A stretch of 64,000 nt of DNA from Harriotta raleighana (GCA_050575255.1 JBNZDD010013573.1:934019-998018), one strand, 5' to 3'. Shown: positions 13,587 through 27,264, numbered from the stretch's first letter. The notes: a model not told the origin generated them from the letters alone. Program-made: numbers and translations.

Positions 13587-14574
13587 ATCAGATATTTGGA
13601 GCAGAAGGAAATATTTGGGAACTTGGATTGCTCAGATGGATGAAGGCTGAACCTTACATGAAGTGGTTACTAATGTTAGTGTGAAGCAGGATTCAGAATT
13701 CAGTGGAGCACCACTCACAATAAAAAATATAGTGACCTGCTAGAGTTACACATGGGAGATTATATCCTGCCAATAGCAAACATGTTTTTCTTCTGTCTAT
13801 GAAGTGCTAATGAACAAGAACAGGGAATAAAGTTAGTGCATAAAAACGTGTATAGAACTGAGAGCTTTATAGAGACTCATCACCTGGAGGATTGTTCACA
13901 TCAACTTCGGTGATGTGGGTAATTGAATGCAGTCATTGACAATACCTGCACAATTGCTGGAGAAATCGGATTGGGGTTCCAACCACTGGATTCAGTGCTA
14001 CACAGAAGTCTGTTGATGTCTATCTGTGGAGATAACTAGTTGACAACTGAACCACCCAAATTATATTATGAGGTTTATTATTATTATTAGATCGCAGCAT
14101 GATTGGATAAAACCAAGCTGTACAGGATCCAAAAAAATGGTTTAAATTTATCAGGTCAGTCTATTTCCCAGATTTTTACTTCTCCTCGAAAATGCTGATG
14201 ATCACTTTGTGATTTTCTGATGGCTTGTCTTCCACTGCAGAGACTGAGGGAATTGGAAAAATTGTCCCTGGAACTGCTAAATAAGGCTATTTACATGTAT
14301 TATTAATTGACCCCTTTACAATATTTTTATTCTAGGTGATTTTTATTCTAGATTAATCATTGATTTATTTCAGGTCCAATAATAATCTATGGATATGTAA
14401 TTATGTCAGAATCTCAAATAATACTATTATTAATAAACATGTCAAGGGATGATGAAAATTATTACAAATATTATTTCAGATTGATTGCATCTCTTTGTAA
14501 AACAACACATTTTATAGCATATTGTAAAGAGTTATACAAAGTAAAGCACATGTCCCTTAAAAACATGTCCATAA

Positions 14575-15153
14575 TCAGAGGACACAGATGTAAAACAGTG
14601 ACTGTGGCATTTAAAAAGAATGTAGGAGGAACTATTTCACACAGTACTGCACAATGAGATTGTGGAACTGGCTGTCTGCAGTGGTTGAATCAGATAGAAT
14701 AGATACATTCAAGAGCAAGCTAGAGCTTCACATGAGGGCGCGGGGAATACGAGGGTTTGAGAGGGAGTAAAGAATGGGTGAAGATTTGTGTGGTGTATGA
14801 ACACCGGCACAGAGGGATTAGGCTGAGTGACCTGTTTCCGTACTCAATCAATCAATCAATCAAAATTACATTTATATAGCGCCTTTCAAGTCGGGAGGAC
14901 GTCCCAAGGCGCTGTATAGTCAAGTAGGGATCAGAACGGAGGGGGAGAGGGGTCGGGAGAAGGAAAGTAGGAAAAATTGACTGTATATTTGTGGGCGAAA
15001 ATGTATATTATTTATAAATCTTTGTAGGTTTCACTCACGCGAGATTGGACAGAACTGCTAATCTCACTTGGCTCACGTTTTGTAAAGCGCTCCTGGATGC
15101 TACCTTGCATGAAGGGTGCTATATAAATGCAAGTTGTTATTGTTGTTGTTGTT
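14575..15153. mobile_element. CR1 3' fragment (+) followed by L2-type tails (- then +)
   Basis: RGH..K motif, TGTGGAACTGGCTG, GGCTGAGTGACCTGTTTCC; then (ATCA)n ATTTATATAGCGCC and GCTATATAAATGCAAG(TTG)n. Confidence 0.7.
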
Positions 15154-16254
15154 ACCCTTTCCTAGAAGGGAGGGGAAGATCACTGCCTTTAATCACTTAA
15201 AATTCTGCACTGTTTTCACTTCAACACATTGCACATCACTGAATCCTTTCTCTAGTCTTCTACAGAATGAAACATTTTGCAAACTTTGTTTTACTCGGCT
15301 AATTGCTTAGAACTCTGCTACACACAGTTTATAATTTTTTTCAAATCAATTATATCTTTATTAAACACTCTTTCTTGTGACTAATTATTTTATTAGTTTC
15401 ACTTAAATGTGATCATTGCTGTCCATTTAGTCTTTCCTGTCCAAAACCCATGCTCAAAAACAGAATTTTAAAACTAATTTCTGGTTGTCAGAAGTGAAAT
15501 ATTTGAAAATTAAAGTAACTAATTACTCATTAAATAGCAATTGATAGACCATTTATATTGATGAGAAAAGTTACATTATAGTCAGTAACTGAGTGTGGAT
15601 AATAACTCTGTTACTGCCAACAAATAAAGCCCTAGATTAGTTATACAGTATATGAACTTGTTACGCAAGATCAATGATTATCTGAAACAACCATTTAAAA
15701 ACAATAATCCATACAGTCAGTCCTAAATTGATTAATTCTTTGGGGTCAATTCATTGCAAATGTAGTAGGAAGTAATCTGACTGATCAGTATTGCAGAGCT
15801 CTACCCACTAGTTATGGTTTTATCGATCCGTAAAAAATTCTGTGCAAAGTCCATTCATTCAGCAAACCAAGGGAAATATATTAGGGAGATTATGCTTTTT
15901 TTCTGTTCAAAATAGTTCCCGGTGTTGAGAAGAAATATACTGACATTTTTTCCTGAAAAAATCCTTCAAAGATCTCTGTTATGTTTGGATTTAAATTGCC
16001 GTACAAGGTGTAGAATAATAATTGACAACAGTGATATATTTGGTTCAAAAAAGTCAATAGTTATTTAATCTCTCTTGTTCATTTGGCTTTAATATACAAA
16101 TATATATAAAGAATTCATCAATTGAAATGCAACCATTAAATTTCATAAATTAATTGTAAAGTGTTGAACTATATTACTTATATGTTGTAGTCAGCAATAT
16201 TTAAACATTATTTCCATAATCAGCATATAAAATCCTTTATAACAAAAATAAATT

Positions 16255-16620
16255 GGTCATTTTAATCCACAACTGTTTGTGGGACACCACAGTGCACAAT
16301 TGACTGCTGTATTTTGCCCACAAAGATAGTCAATTCACTTTATAGTATATTCTATGAAGCACTTTGAGACATTAGAAGATATGATAAGGCGCTATATCAA
16401 ATGCAAGGAATACTATTATTATTACTTTAACAGAAAATCCTATGAAATACTTTGTGAAGGTTGCTCTATTAAATGCAACAATTATTACTTGTTATTATTA
16501 TAATAATCCTTGTAGTTAATATAGAACCTTATCATGTTGTTGAGACATCTCAAATGCATAACAGGATATGCTGTAAAGTGAAGCGACTTTGTATTTTGTG
16601 GGCAAATTATTATTATTCCA
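16255..16620. mobile_element. SINE 3' halves, tail-to-tail
   Basis: TGTTTGTGGGACAC core and AAATGCAAGGAATACTATTATT tail on +; inverse tail TAATAATCCTTG at about 16500. Confidence 0.7.
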
Positions 16621-18309
16621 ATTAGACTCGCAGTGCCAATATATAGGTGTATTTCCTCTCTCATTCGAAAATTGGGACATCAAAAACACACACTGACGTC
16701 TACTGCATTTGAAAAGATTATTTTCACAAGTAGCCATAGACAGCTGTGTCCTTTGGGAAGCCAGAGCTCATTATCCCGAGAGCAGGAGGTGGAAAAGGGA
16801 TCAAGAGGAAACTGAGATCATTACTGATTCTATTCACATGGTTACTCTCTCAGCGTACTCAGGCATCAAAACTGTCTGAAACATACAATTTGAACACATC
16901 TTAATTGTAACCTTGTTACTATAATTTGCTAAATCTTAGCAAGATATCAAAGTAGAAAATTAGCTGATGCATTTCTTACTCATACAATTTAGTCTTTTCA
17001 TAAAACCTTCAGACAGGCAATATTATTTGAAGTTCAAAGTCATCAACAACTACAAGTTACACACTTTCCATCAAAGGAAATAGTTTCTACTTTAATGTTC
17101 CAAAAGCAGGAACTCAAGCAACAGTGTGACAGTATTACTGCAAAGACATTCCATATCTCACCAAGTGTTTATTAATGTCTGAAATTAGACACAATGAATG
17201 TTGGCAGAATATGTGAGGGAGACAGCTTATGACAGGACAAACCAAAGTTGTCCTTAGTTGGTGTTCAATGTGCAAACTCCCAATGAGTGATCAGAAGCCT
17301 GGCATATCTAATGGTCTGCGTGAAGACAATTGCCTTAAGATTCATTATTATATGAGATTTGGGAACATTCTTGAATTCAGTCTTAATTCTGGAAGCTGGT
17401 TTTCCTCATTTCCAAATATGTATTTTGCTGAAAGTCACAGAGCTTGATCTCAAAATGAACCTGAACCACTCAATCCTACCAAGGCAAGAGCTCTTAGACC
17501 CATCAGCACTCTGAATGTCAATCTAGCTGAAAATTTGAAATGCCTGTTTTGAGTACAGAGGAGAAGAAATGAGCACGGATGATCAGAGTGACTTCACCAG
17601 ACATTTCAGATCAACAAAACTTTAGGAAACTTTACAATGTCCAGAACAAACCGATTGATCATCCCTTTAATGTAAAGATAGCAGGCAATGGGGAAAAGAA
17701 TGTTTTGCTTGAGAGTCTGACTGACTATTTGCCTGAAGAGATTTGGAAGATATGCAGTGGCACCTTGCTATCAGAAAATGCCTCTGGTTTCAAAAGCTGC
17801 ACCGCTATATTTTGTCTCTGTTTCATGTCTGGATATCTGTGGCCAGGGTATTCTTTGAATCTTATCAGTGGTGGAAGCCCACCTGTATCTGCATGACTTT
17901 GCACAAACTTGTCCATATGTTAAGGAAAAGTGTGCTATGCATTCCCGAGTTGGTTCTTTGTTTTGAAGTACTGATTGTAGATCACAATACAAACAACCCT
18001 GCTCTCATGCCTGAAAAATAAGAGCAGCAGGGATGAAGGAAAGACAGGCTTAAACCCTAGTCAGCACAGCAATTCAGCTATTATAAATTATGACTCTTTC
18101 AGCTATATATCTGTGAGTAGACAAACAACTCTTTATCAAAGATGGATATATAGTATAAATGGAATAAAATAACGCAATAAATACACAATTTTATTCCCCA
18201 GCTGCAAAACTGTAACTTTAAGGTGGAAAATTAAAGGGGAACTAAATTTATAGCTACATTATAGAATCATACAATATTACAGTACAAGAACCTAAAAGGT
18301 AGAGATCTC

Positions 18310-18490
18310 ATAGAATCATAGAATCATAGAAGGTTACAGCACAGAAGGAGGCCATTCGGCCCATCGAGTCTGTGCTGGCTCTTTGACAGAGCAATGTCAT
18401 TTTTATTAACCCCAATCACTAGCTTTCTCCCCATAATCCTGCAAACCCGTCTTCCCCAGATACCTATCCAGTTCTCTCTTAAAAGCTATA
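18310..18490 (-). mobile_element. CR1 3' UTR fragment
   Basis: (CATAGAAT)n tail then ACAGAAGGAGGCCATTCGGCCCATCGAG, the reverse complement of the 891-1383 tail. Confidence 0.85.
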
Positions 18491-19859
18491 GACCAAATCA
18501 TACCAATAATGTGGTCAACCAACAAAAGAACATGGACTCAATCTCAAAAAGAGGGAAGGTGAGCAAAGAATTTGGACTGTCATTTACCTGGTAGTTTTCT
18601 CAGGCGCCAGGCTTTACTTGGAATTATCCTGGAAGCCTAGGCCAAGAGCCAGGGATAGGAGCTGAGTTTTGTATGTAAGTGGAGGGAGTTGAACTTTACT
18701 CTTCATTCTAAGATAATATTTAAAAATGAAGTGCACAGATTTTATCTGATTTCCTGGCAATAGTTTAGTATTTACTGAAAATCTACAAACGAACCTTATC
18801 TAGATTGGATATCTTTAAAGTAATATCCCACCAAGAAGTACTTCAGTTGAGTGATCCTCAATAAAAACAGTGTAGACCCACAATAAACTGGTATATAATT
18901 ATACTTGCTTCTGATACAGCGCCTTATCACTTCTTCAAGACATCTCAAAGCACTTCAATGAAAACACTGTACAATGTTGTGGCTATATTTTTGGGGTGAA
19001 ACTGGGTTGCACTGTTTGATGCCATGTTTATCCTCGGGTGTGAACAACAGCAATAAATAGCTTTTAAATAATGCCTTTTACATTGGGAGGATTTCCTAAG
19101 GGACTGAGTAAAACGTACTGGGAGCTTATCAAAGATCAAGAAACTTGAACCATACCATTATAATGTAACTACAGGCATTGCTGATCAAAGGACCAGATAA
19201 TATGGTATGCAGGTTCTAACGGGATTGGGTCATCAGGATCCAGGGTAAATAGAGCCTGCTTACAATCACATCAAGTCTAAATTGACACATGCACAAATGA
19301 TCCCAGATGTATCATAACCGACTCTATTGACCACCGCTCAGATTACTAGAGCAACAGTGGTCACTAACCTTTACCTGCTTAGTCTTCGGAGGATACATTG
19401 TTTTTATCTGTGCATATTTTCTAGTTCAGTTTTCCAATGAAAACCAATTAAAATAAACTGAATGCACCCTGTAACTCTAGTGTCCAGAGTCAGCCAACAA
19501 TTTCAATATAGCTATGAATTTCTATAGCTTTTAAATCTGTCCCCTCTGGTATACATCCCTTTGCTCCTAGTCTAGGATACTCTTGCTGTGGTGTTTCTAT
19601 GAGTGTTGGTTTGCCATCCAGCACCCTGCCCAAGTAACTATTACTCATGTGTGAGCCTCAGCAAGGAATGTTGATAGGCCACTCAACTGTGGAGGATATC
19701 ACAGTCAAAACTGACCTCTACCCAGCTGGTTATCACATTCACACATGTGCACGCATGCCTGCACAACCAGTACAGATTTCTGTAGGGAGTCAACAGGCCC
19801 AACCATTGTGGCAGAGTCAGGATCATAAAAGGCGATCAGGTCAATGCTTTAGCTTATCC

Positions 19860-20700
19860 CCCCCACCCTAACTCTTCCCACTCTCCTTCCCCCTCCCCTT
19901 ACCCCCTCCCCTTACCCCCAATCCCCCCCATGCTCGGGTCGCGACTTGACTGTTCAGTGCTTTGGGACGTCCTCCCGACGTGAAAGGCACTATACAAGTG
20001 TTTTTTGTTGTTGTTGTTGTTATCGCCAGTGTGGAATTAACATCACAGTTAATTAACAAAAAAAAATGACAACTTTCATTTATATTGTACCTTCCACATG
20101 CGATAGTATCTCAGGGTGTTTGTGACGTCCTTCTGATGTGAAAGAGTAATTTTGTTGTTGTTGTTGTTTAACTGTAAAGTGAATTAACTGTATATTTGTG
20201 AGTGAAACGCAGCAGCCAATTGTGCACAGCAGTGTCCCACAAACAGTCATGGATTGAAAATACCAATTTATTATAGGTTTTTTTTGAGAGATTATTATTA
20301 GGCATGTGGAGTAAGGAAACTTGCCCAAGGTTTCGCCCTGACCTGCTTGGATTCGAACACAGGTCTCACACTTGTATGGCGAATGTTCTAACCACTGAGC
20401 TACAGGATTCTACATGGGAGGTGGGAGATGACTGTAGGCAAAGTTGAAGAGGAAGGTCTCAGAAAAGATTAAGTGAGGTGTAACAAATCACAGATTGCAA
20501 TTTTCACCTCCAGCGTTATTTATTCTATTTCAATCACAATTTGTTTTCAATCAAAAAAAATCATCAAAATTACATTTATATAGCTCCTTTCACTTTGGGA
20601 GGACGTCCCAAGTTGCTGTACAGTCAAGTAGGGATCAGAGCAGGGTGGGAGGGGTTGGGAGAAGGAAAGTAGGAAAAATTAACTGTTTATTTCTGTGCAG
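19860..20700. mobile_element. L2 tails plus a near-complete minus-strand tRNA SINE (about 20170-20412)
   Basis: GCATGTGGAGTAAGGAAACTTGCCCAAGG, GGATTCGAAC, CTAACCACTGAGCTACAGGA (reverse complement of the head). Confidence 0.8.
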
Positions 20701-21106
20701 AACGATTTCTGGTAAATGACAAGAAAGCAAGCAAATGAAATGATCCTCTCCCAATGATAGCAATAGCTTGACCCAGTCAAAACCTTCAATATGCACTAAA
20801 AGTAGTTCCCGTCCAGCCAAGCTCAACATTCCACGTCATGTCTGTGATAATTTCTTTGAATTAAGAATTTAAGATGTGCAGATGGGCAACAGAACCAAGC
20901 TAATAAAGAAGGAAGCGAGCGAGTAGGAGAAAAAAAAAACAGAGGACAAAATAATAAGCAGAAATTTTACGCATAAAATGGACATGCTGGAGGACAAATT
21001 CTTGTTTAATTTCTGAAATGATAAATTGAACAGTTCAAGATATGTTGGGAAGATTGAAAGTTGGTTTACTCTTGTAAGATGATAATTGTCTGTGCTTGGT
21101 GTAAAG

Positions 21107-21391
21107 TGGAGTCATATAGCTCAGTGGTTACCTCCACCTAACAAGCGAGGAACCTGGGTTCAATTCCCGGCAGGGCTAAATCTTGGGCGAGTTTCCTTAC
21201 TCCACATGCCTGATAATAATCCCACCCAAAAAAAATTGGGCACTTCAATTCACGACTGTTTGTGGGATACCGCTGAGCACAATTGTTTGACATGTTTCAC
21301 CCACAAATATACAGTCAATTCACTTTACAGTACAGTATATTGTGAAGCGTTTTGAGACGATTGGGAGACATGGAAAGCACTATATCAAATA
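21107..21391 (+). mobile_element. tRNA-derived SINE; tail split by a MITE
   Basis: TAGCTCAGTGGTTA, GGTTCAATTCCC head; tail CACTATATCAAATA resumes at 21782 as TATAAAGATTATT. Confidence 0.85.
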
Positions 21392-21781
21392 CAGTAAAAC
21401 CTCGTTCATCCGTGACCCGATCAACCAAATTGCTCGACCCCCCCCCCCTCCCGGGGCAATTCCCCATTCCAGAATCCGCGAGTTTGCTCACTTTGCGCAA
21501 GTGTGCAATGCATGCGCATGAGCACTTAGTAAACTTACGGACTTGGGTTTTTTACCGATCGGTAAAAAATGCTGTTTTACCGATTTTTTCCCGACTGGGC
21601 TGGAATGCTTTATTGGTAAGTATCCACACAATATTCTGTTACTATGTAGTCTATTATTAACATGGTATGTTTTAAGATAAGTTAATTTTTTATAATGGAT
21701 TTTTGGCGACTTGTCCCCCGTTTATCTGGCAGAGTCAATTAGTTGACCCTCCACATGTGCCGGATAAGCAGGGTTTTACTG
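21392..21781 (-). mobile_element. MITE copy 2 (390 bp)
   Basis: TIRs CAGTAAAACC / GGTTTTACTG, TA on both sides (21390-91, 21782-83); internal blocks match the 26588 copy in reverse orientation. Confidence 0.9.
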
Positions 21782-22199
21782 TATAAAGATTATTTTTTAT
21801 TCATGTTAATTTTTTTTAACAATTGGACTGATTAACAATGACTATGATCTCATTATTTTATTCTTACATTAATTTTTTTTCTCCAACTCATTCCCTGGAC
21901 CCTATAGCCTTTTTCACTGTGCCTGTCATAAGCATTATGTTCAGTGTTAGGGTATGAGAAATTACTTGAGGAAATGCTGCAACCAGGGATCTGAATCTTA
22001 GTAGAAAGAATAGTCATTTTACATTGCTTATTCTGAGCCAATTGTAGCATAGATAAAAGCTGTAACTAAAATATTCAGGTTATGCACAGGATACCATAAT
22101 TCTAAGAGTATTCATTCCTGGGAATAGCCGGTTGGTGTCTCAAGACACAAATCATGTCAGGTCCTTATGACAATGACAATTTATATGAACAATATAGAT

Positions 22200-23030
22200 A
22201 ATAATAATCCTTGATTTGATATAACAGAAACGTGACAGCAAATTCCACACAGCAGTGTCCCACAAGTAGTTATAGATTGAATGACTGCAATACCATTATC
22301 TTTTTGTAAGGGATAATTAACCTCGGAAATGCAATCCACCAATTGACTAACAAACTAGTAAGCAGAGGCGTGTGGAGTAAGGAAACTTGCCCAACATTTT
22401 GCTCAGCCAAGGAATCAAACCTAGATCCTCTCACTTGTGAGGCGAGTGCCCTAACCACTGAGCTACAGGTTTCCACAGCTTTATTAGGGCTTCGCTTTGT
22501 CTGTGCGAAAGACAACTTGAATTTTTATAGTGCCTTATCACTTTGAAATGTCTCAAAGTTGTTGACAGGAAATTGCTGTCACATTTAATGGCTCCTGATG
22601 TGAAAGGAGCTATAAAAGTGTAATTTTGCTGTTGTTGTATATTCGATGTAGGGAAGCCCCAGCCATTTTGTCAACATTGGTCTATAGACAGTCATGGGTG
22701 AATGATGTTTTTATTGACTATTTAGATGTAAATCATCCAATTCAGCTGATCACATTTCCACAGATCTTGTTTGGGGCAATTTATTCATGTATGCATTAGA
22801 TAAGTTGTTAAGAAAGCCCCAAGTTTAAATCATGATTGATGCATTTGTTTCTGACCACAGTGAATAATAATAATCCTTGCATTTGATTTAGCACCTTATC
22901 TTGTCATTGAGATGTCTTACTGTCTTTCATTGAATATATTGTTAAGTAAATTCACTGTATATTTTGTGGGCCAAACACGGCTGCCAATTGTGCACAACAG
23001 TATCCGACGAATAGTCATGGATTAAATGAT
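22200..23030 (-). mobile_element. SINE copies and tails (minus)
   Basis: ATAATAATCCTTG tails, CAGCAGTGTCCCACAA core, CTAACCACTGAGCTACAGG head. Confidence 0.75.
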
Positions 23031-24529
23031 TACACTTTAAAAAATTATGAACTGCACTGTGTTACTATACAAAGATTCCTGTAACACAATTATAGAAAAT
23101 TATTTCACAAAGCTAGATAAATGTAATTGCATGAAAGCCAATTTTAGTTAAAATAAAATCACTTTTTTAATATAAATTAAAAATAAGTTATTTTAGAAAC
23201 GCAGATCAGACCTTACGGTCTGCATGAATGTAAGATTGGGGGAAACGCTCCTGACTGCAGCCAGTCACATATCCGAAGATAAGATGGTTTGATTTATTGC
23301 CTATCTATATAATGCCCTGGTTGAAGCTCCCATTAACATGACACATTTTTCTGAGATTGTATCTACTTATTTTTTCTGCACAATTCAATTGGATTTCTGT
23401 GATATATAATCACTGATGTCTTGTGCATTTTATGGTAATGTAATACTTGTATTTGAAGTAGCATCTTTTCATGTCAGGAAGACCTGATAGAATGTTTCAC
23501 AGGATTTATTGTATGTGTAGTGATCATGTATTTGAGGGCAAATGACCAGAGAAATTGCTGTATGATTTTTTAGAAGGAGTTTTGTTTAATCGGTAGCCTG
23601 TATCACTGAAGCTAAAAAATAAATTCACTGGTACATATAAGCCTTTCCTCAGTGTAGTGAGTTAAAAGCTCCAACATGCTATGCCAAAATGTGGCAGGAC
23701 CCAAGGTAATCACGATAATTTCCCCACAGTGAGATACCAATCTCCTGGAAACACCAATTGGACGGAAGCCATTTCCACAGAGGAGGGCGGAAAAGGTGAA
23801 CAAACTTGCACCAGATCTGAGCACCACCTTGTGGTCATTCCATACCCATTACTATTAATTATGTTGTGCAAAGGAGGACCCTTTGAGTGACTGGAAAATA
23901 TTGCACAAATAATAATAATATATGGGTGAACAAATGCAGGGAGTGAACACTTTGCTTCCAACAGAAAAGCAACGAGGAACGGAAACCAGGTGATAATGAT
24001 TGAATGATTATAATTGTGTATTTTGCAGGCAAATGGTGGCAGCCAATTTATACACAGAAGCATGCCAAATAGTCAAGAAGTGAATGATCATAGGTTACAA
24101 AGTTACACAGAATGTACAGAATGGAAACAAGCCACAAGTGTTTCTATTCCACATAAATCTTCACACATTCCTTATTCCCTCCCACACCCTTCTGTTGCTC
24201 TCTCTGTCATATGAAGGTCTAGCTTTGTTCTGAATGCATCTTCACTAACTGATTCAACTACTCAAGCAGTGAGTTCCACAATCTTACTAACTCTCACAAT
24301 TGTACATTATATTCCAATCCCTTAAAGTCCTTCTTTGCCTGTAGATTTTCCCAAATCACTTTCTGACATCATAGTCACTATATTTGTGTACACAGGTTAC
24401 GGACTCCCTAAGGAAATTTTAAAAATGTTAACCTTATTGAACTCTTTCATAATTTTAAACACTTGTATTAGATTTCCTTTAAACATCCTTCTTATTTTTG
24501 TACCAAAAAGCAGAACATTTTATCTGGGG

Positions 24530-24790
24530 TATTGTTGGCCAAGCCACTGGAAGAACCACCTTCTTCTTTTGAATAGCGCCATTGGATATTTAACAACCTC
24601 CTGAACAGGTAGACAGGACTTCGGTTTAAAATGTCTTATCCAAGAATGCAATGCAGAAGATTTCCAGCACTGCCTTGGATTGTCAGCCTAGATTATGAGT
24701 TCAATGTCCTGGCATAGGGCTTAGACCCACAAGATTCTGAGTAGGAGGCGTGATTGCTATGAGCAGACACCTGCCACTATTGGATATTGA
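24530..24790 (-). mobile_element. SacSINE1/Deu-domain-like SINE, old
   Basis: Reverse complement resembles the Deu central domain (TCTAGGCTGACA, GGATAAGACATTTTAAACCGAAG); recognised from memory of the family consensus. Confidence 0.6.
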
Positions 24791-24862
24791 TCACATTGGA
24801 GCATATAATATGTGGATCACCATGGATGGTACACTTCTAGCTAGCAATAGACAAGAATTGTT

Positions 24863-25230
24863 GTGGAGTAGCTCAATGGTTAGAGCAGTCGCCACGCAAG
24901 CAAGAGCATCTAGGTTCAGTTCCCGGGCAGGGCGAAATGTTGGACAAATTTCCTTAGTCAACACACCAGTTTACTTAGCATTAAGTAGGAACCTGGTTAA
25001 TAGACGATTGGCAGATTTATTTTCCGGGGGTAATAATCCCTTCAAAATTGATTAACTATTTGATCACTCAATCCATGACTATTTGTGGGACACTGTTGTG
25101 CGCAATTTGCTGCCATGTTTTGCCTACAAAATATAGAGTCAATTCACTTTATCATCTGTTCTATACAGAGCTTTGAGTTGTCTTTGAGAAGACATGGTAA
25201 GATGTTATGTCATATGTAAGAATTATTATT
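24863..25230 (+). mobile_element. tRNA-derived SINE
   Basis: TAGCTCAATGGTTAGAGCAG head, GGTTCAGTTCCC, TTTGTGGGACACTG core, AAGAATTATTATT tail. Confidence 0.8.
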
Positions 25231-26029
25231 CTAACTCAACTCCTGTTATTGTGACATCTGGCAAGAAGTGTTTTTAGAATTTAGGCATGATGCCTAAATG
25301 GTGCCTAAAAGTTGAATGTTTCCTCATTTAGTAATGTACATAAATTGGAGACTTGTTTTGTTTAACTAACAAGATCAGAGAAGTTAAGTTAATAATTTAT
25401 CGATGCAAAATATTTCCTGTTTGAATAGACAACAAAGATCTCTCTGAAGCATTTTATTAGATTCATGTTCCAATTTATATTTAATTTTAATTTTAAGAGG
25501 CATTGGTTGTTGATGGTTGACCAATTTACATTGCAGGTAGAATTTTATCTAATTGGTGTCAAAGTAAAGCCTTCTTCCTGATGAATTACAACATCTAACG
25601 TCTTTGTTGCTCCTTCCCAATATAACATGGCACATGTTTTGTGGGGTGATGGAGATGAAATAATCTGTATTATACTGCACTTGTACAGTACTATTAACAT
25701 AAATTCAACACTGTTTCTCTGTTGAATCAATGCAAAAAAAAAGGTATAATAATACATCAAGCACATTTAAGGTTTTTCGAGAGATATAGATCAACCAGAT
25801 GGATTACAGTGGTGTTTTGCTACACTTTTCATGACGATTTACCAACAAAATAGCAGAAACTTCACATGAAACATGCAGTATAAAGACAACATCTCAAACT
25901 ATGGCAGGATTTCCTTCTAAATGGAAAGGTAAGCACATGGCTACTGCTTCATATTGAATGAATTATATCTGAGACCTTCCTTCTCCTTTGAATCATTTAG
26001 TTCTACTTTGTTGTAATATTACCAAACAA

Positions 26030-26240
26030 TAACAATAACAATCCTTGCATTTAATATAGCATCTTACCATCTCTTCGAGATGTCTGAAAATGCATCACAG
26101 AATATAATGTAAAGTGGATTGACTGTATGTTTTGTAGCCAATTGTGCACAGCAGTGGTTCACCAAGTCATGGATTGAGTGATCAAATTATTATTGTTTTA
26201 AAGGGATCATTACGGCTGAAAAAGCAATCTGTCAATGATG
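26030..26240 (-). mobile_element. SINE 3' half
   Basis: ATCCTTGCATTTAATATAGC, AGCCAATTGTGCACAGCAG. Confidence 0.7.
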
Positions 26241-26969
26241 CATTCCAGATTTGATGCAGGCTAAATCATTGCAATATGTGTCTAAAATAGGTTGAAACAT
26301 AACAATGCAGTAAAACAAATGGTCTTTTGTATTCCTCTGCACTGTACCAAGGAGAATATCAAGTTCTTGTTTGCTTCTGTTCAGAGTTCACTATACGTGC
26401 TACAAAAGCAAAGATTTCAGTATGTTGAGGCCTATTCTTTCTCGGATCAACGGGTGTTCATTAAACCACCAAAATCCTTTTAGTGAATTGATCCTTCCCT
26501 TCCAGGCTGGTTGGATGGACAAGATGTTGTAAGAAGGCAACACACGCTGAATGTTAAGTTATACCAACATCCTGGCAAAGCATTCTACAGTAAAACCTTC
26601 GTTATCCGGCACCCTCGGGATGTGACCCTCGCCGATTAATCAATTATGCCAGATATTCGAGTGGCAAGTTGCGGAAAATCCAATTTTAAAACATAGCATA
26701 TTAATAATAGACTAAATAATAACAGAATATTGTATAGATACTTGCCAATAAAGCATTCCAGCATTCGGTAAAGAACGGCTTCCTTCGTCTCCCCCACAAC
26801 TCCCCGAATACTTGTTTTATTTGTATCGTGCTTTGTGGTATCTATATACTATATATGTATAATTATTATTTTATTGAAGAAGAAGTGAAGTTACCTTATT
26901 AATTGATTGGGTCAATAGCAAAGGGCGCAAGCCTTGAGGGCAGGCCCGTTAAAAGTGAACTCAACTAAC

Positions 26970-27063
26970 CATGACCCTTCTGACCCGAAATATTGCCTCG
27001 CTTTCCTTTCTCCATGGATGCTGCCTGACCTGCTAAGTTTCCCAAGCAACTTCTGTTTCTGTT
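26970..27063 (+). mobile_element. Short Penelope-like terminal-repeat fragment with an inverted 5' piece
   Basis: GACCCGAAA...GGATGCTGCCTGACCTGCTAAG matches 27632-27715; flanked by TCAACTAAC at 26961-26969 and 27064-27072. Confidence 0.65.
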
Positions 27064-27264
27064 TCAACTAACGTGTTGGCAGAGCGTGAATGGTGTCCGT
27101 CTGATTGACGCGAGTGGTGACCAACTAGACGCCGGGATGACGTGACTGGCGGGGACTATTAGCCAATCAGTGTGCAGATCATTAGCCAATCAGTGTACAG
27201 TGAGCAAGAGTGGGGTGGGAGTTCAGGTACTATCCCCCCCCCCCAAACGTTGCAACTATTAATA

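Noticed and set aside
25279-25299. 10-bp palindrome ATTTAGGCAT-g-ATGCCTAAAT
   Set aside because: Short and without supporting context; probably a repeat remnant or chance
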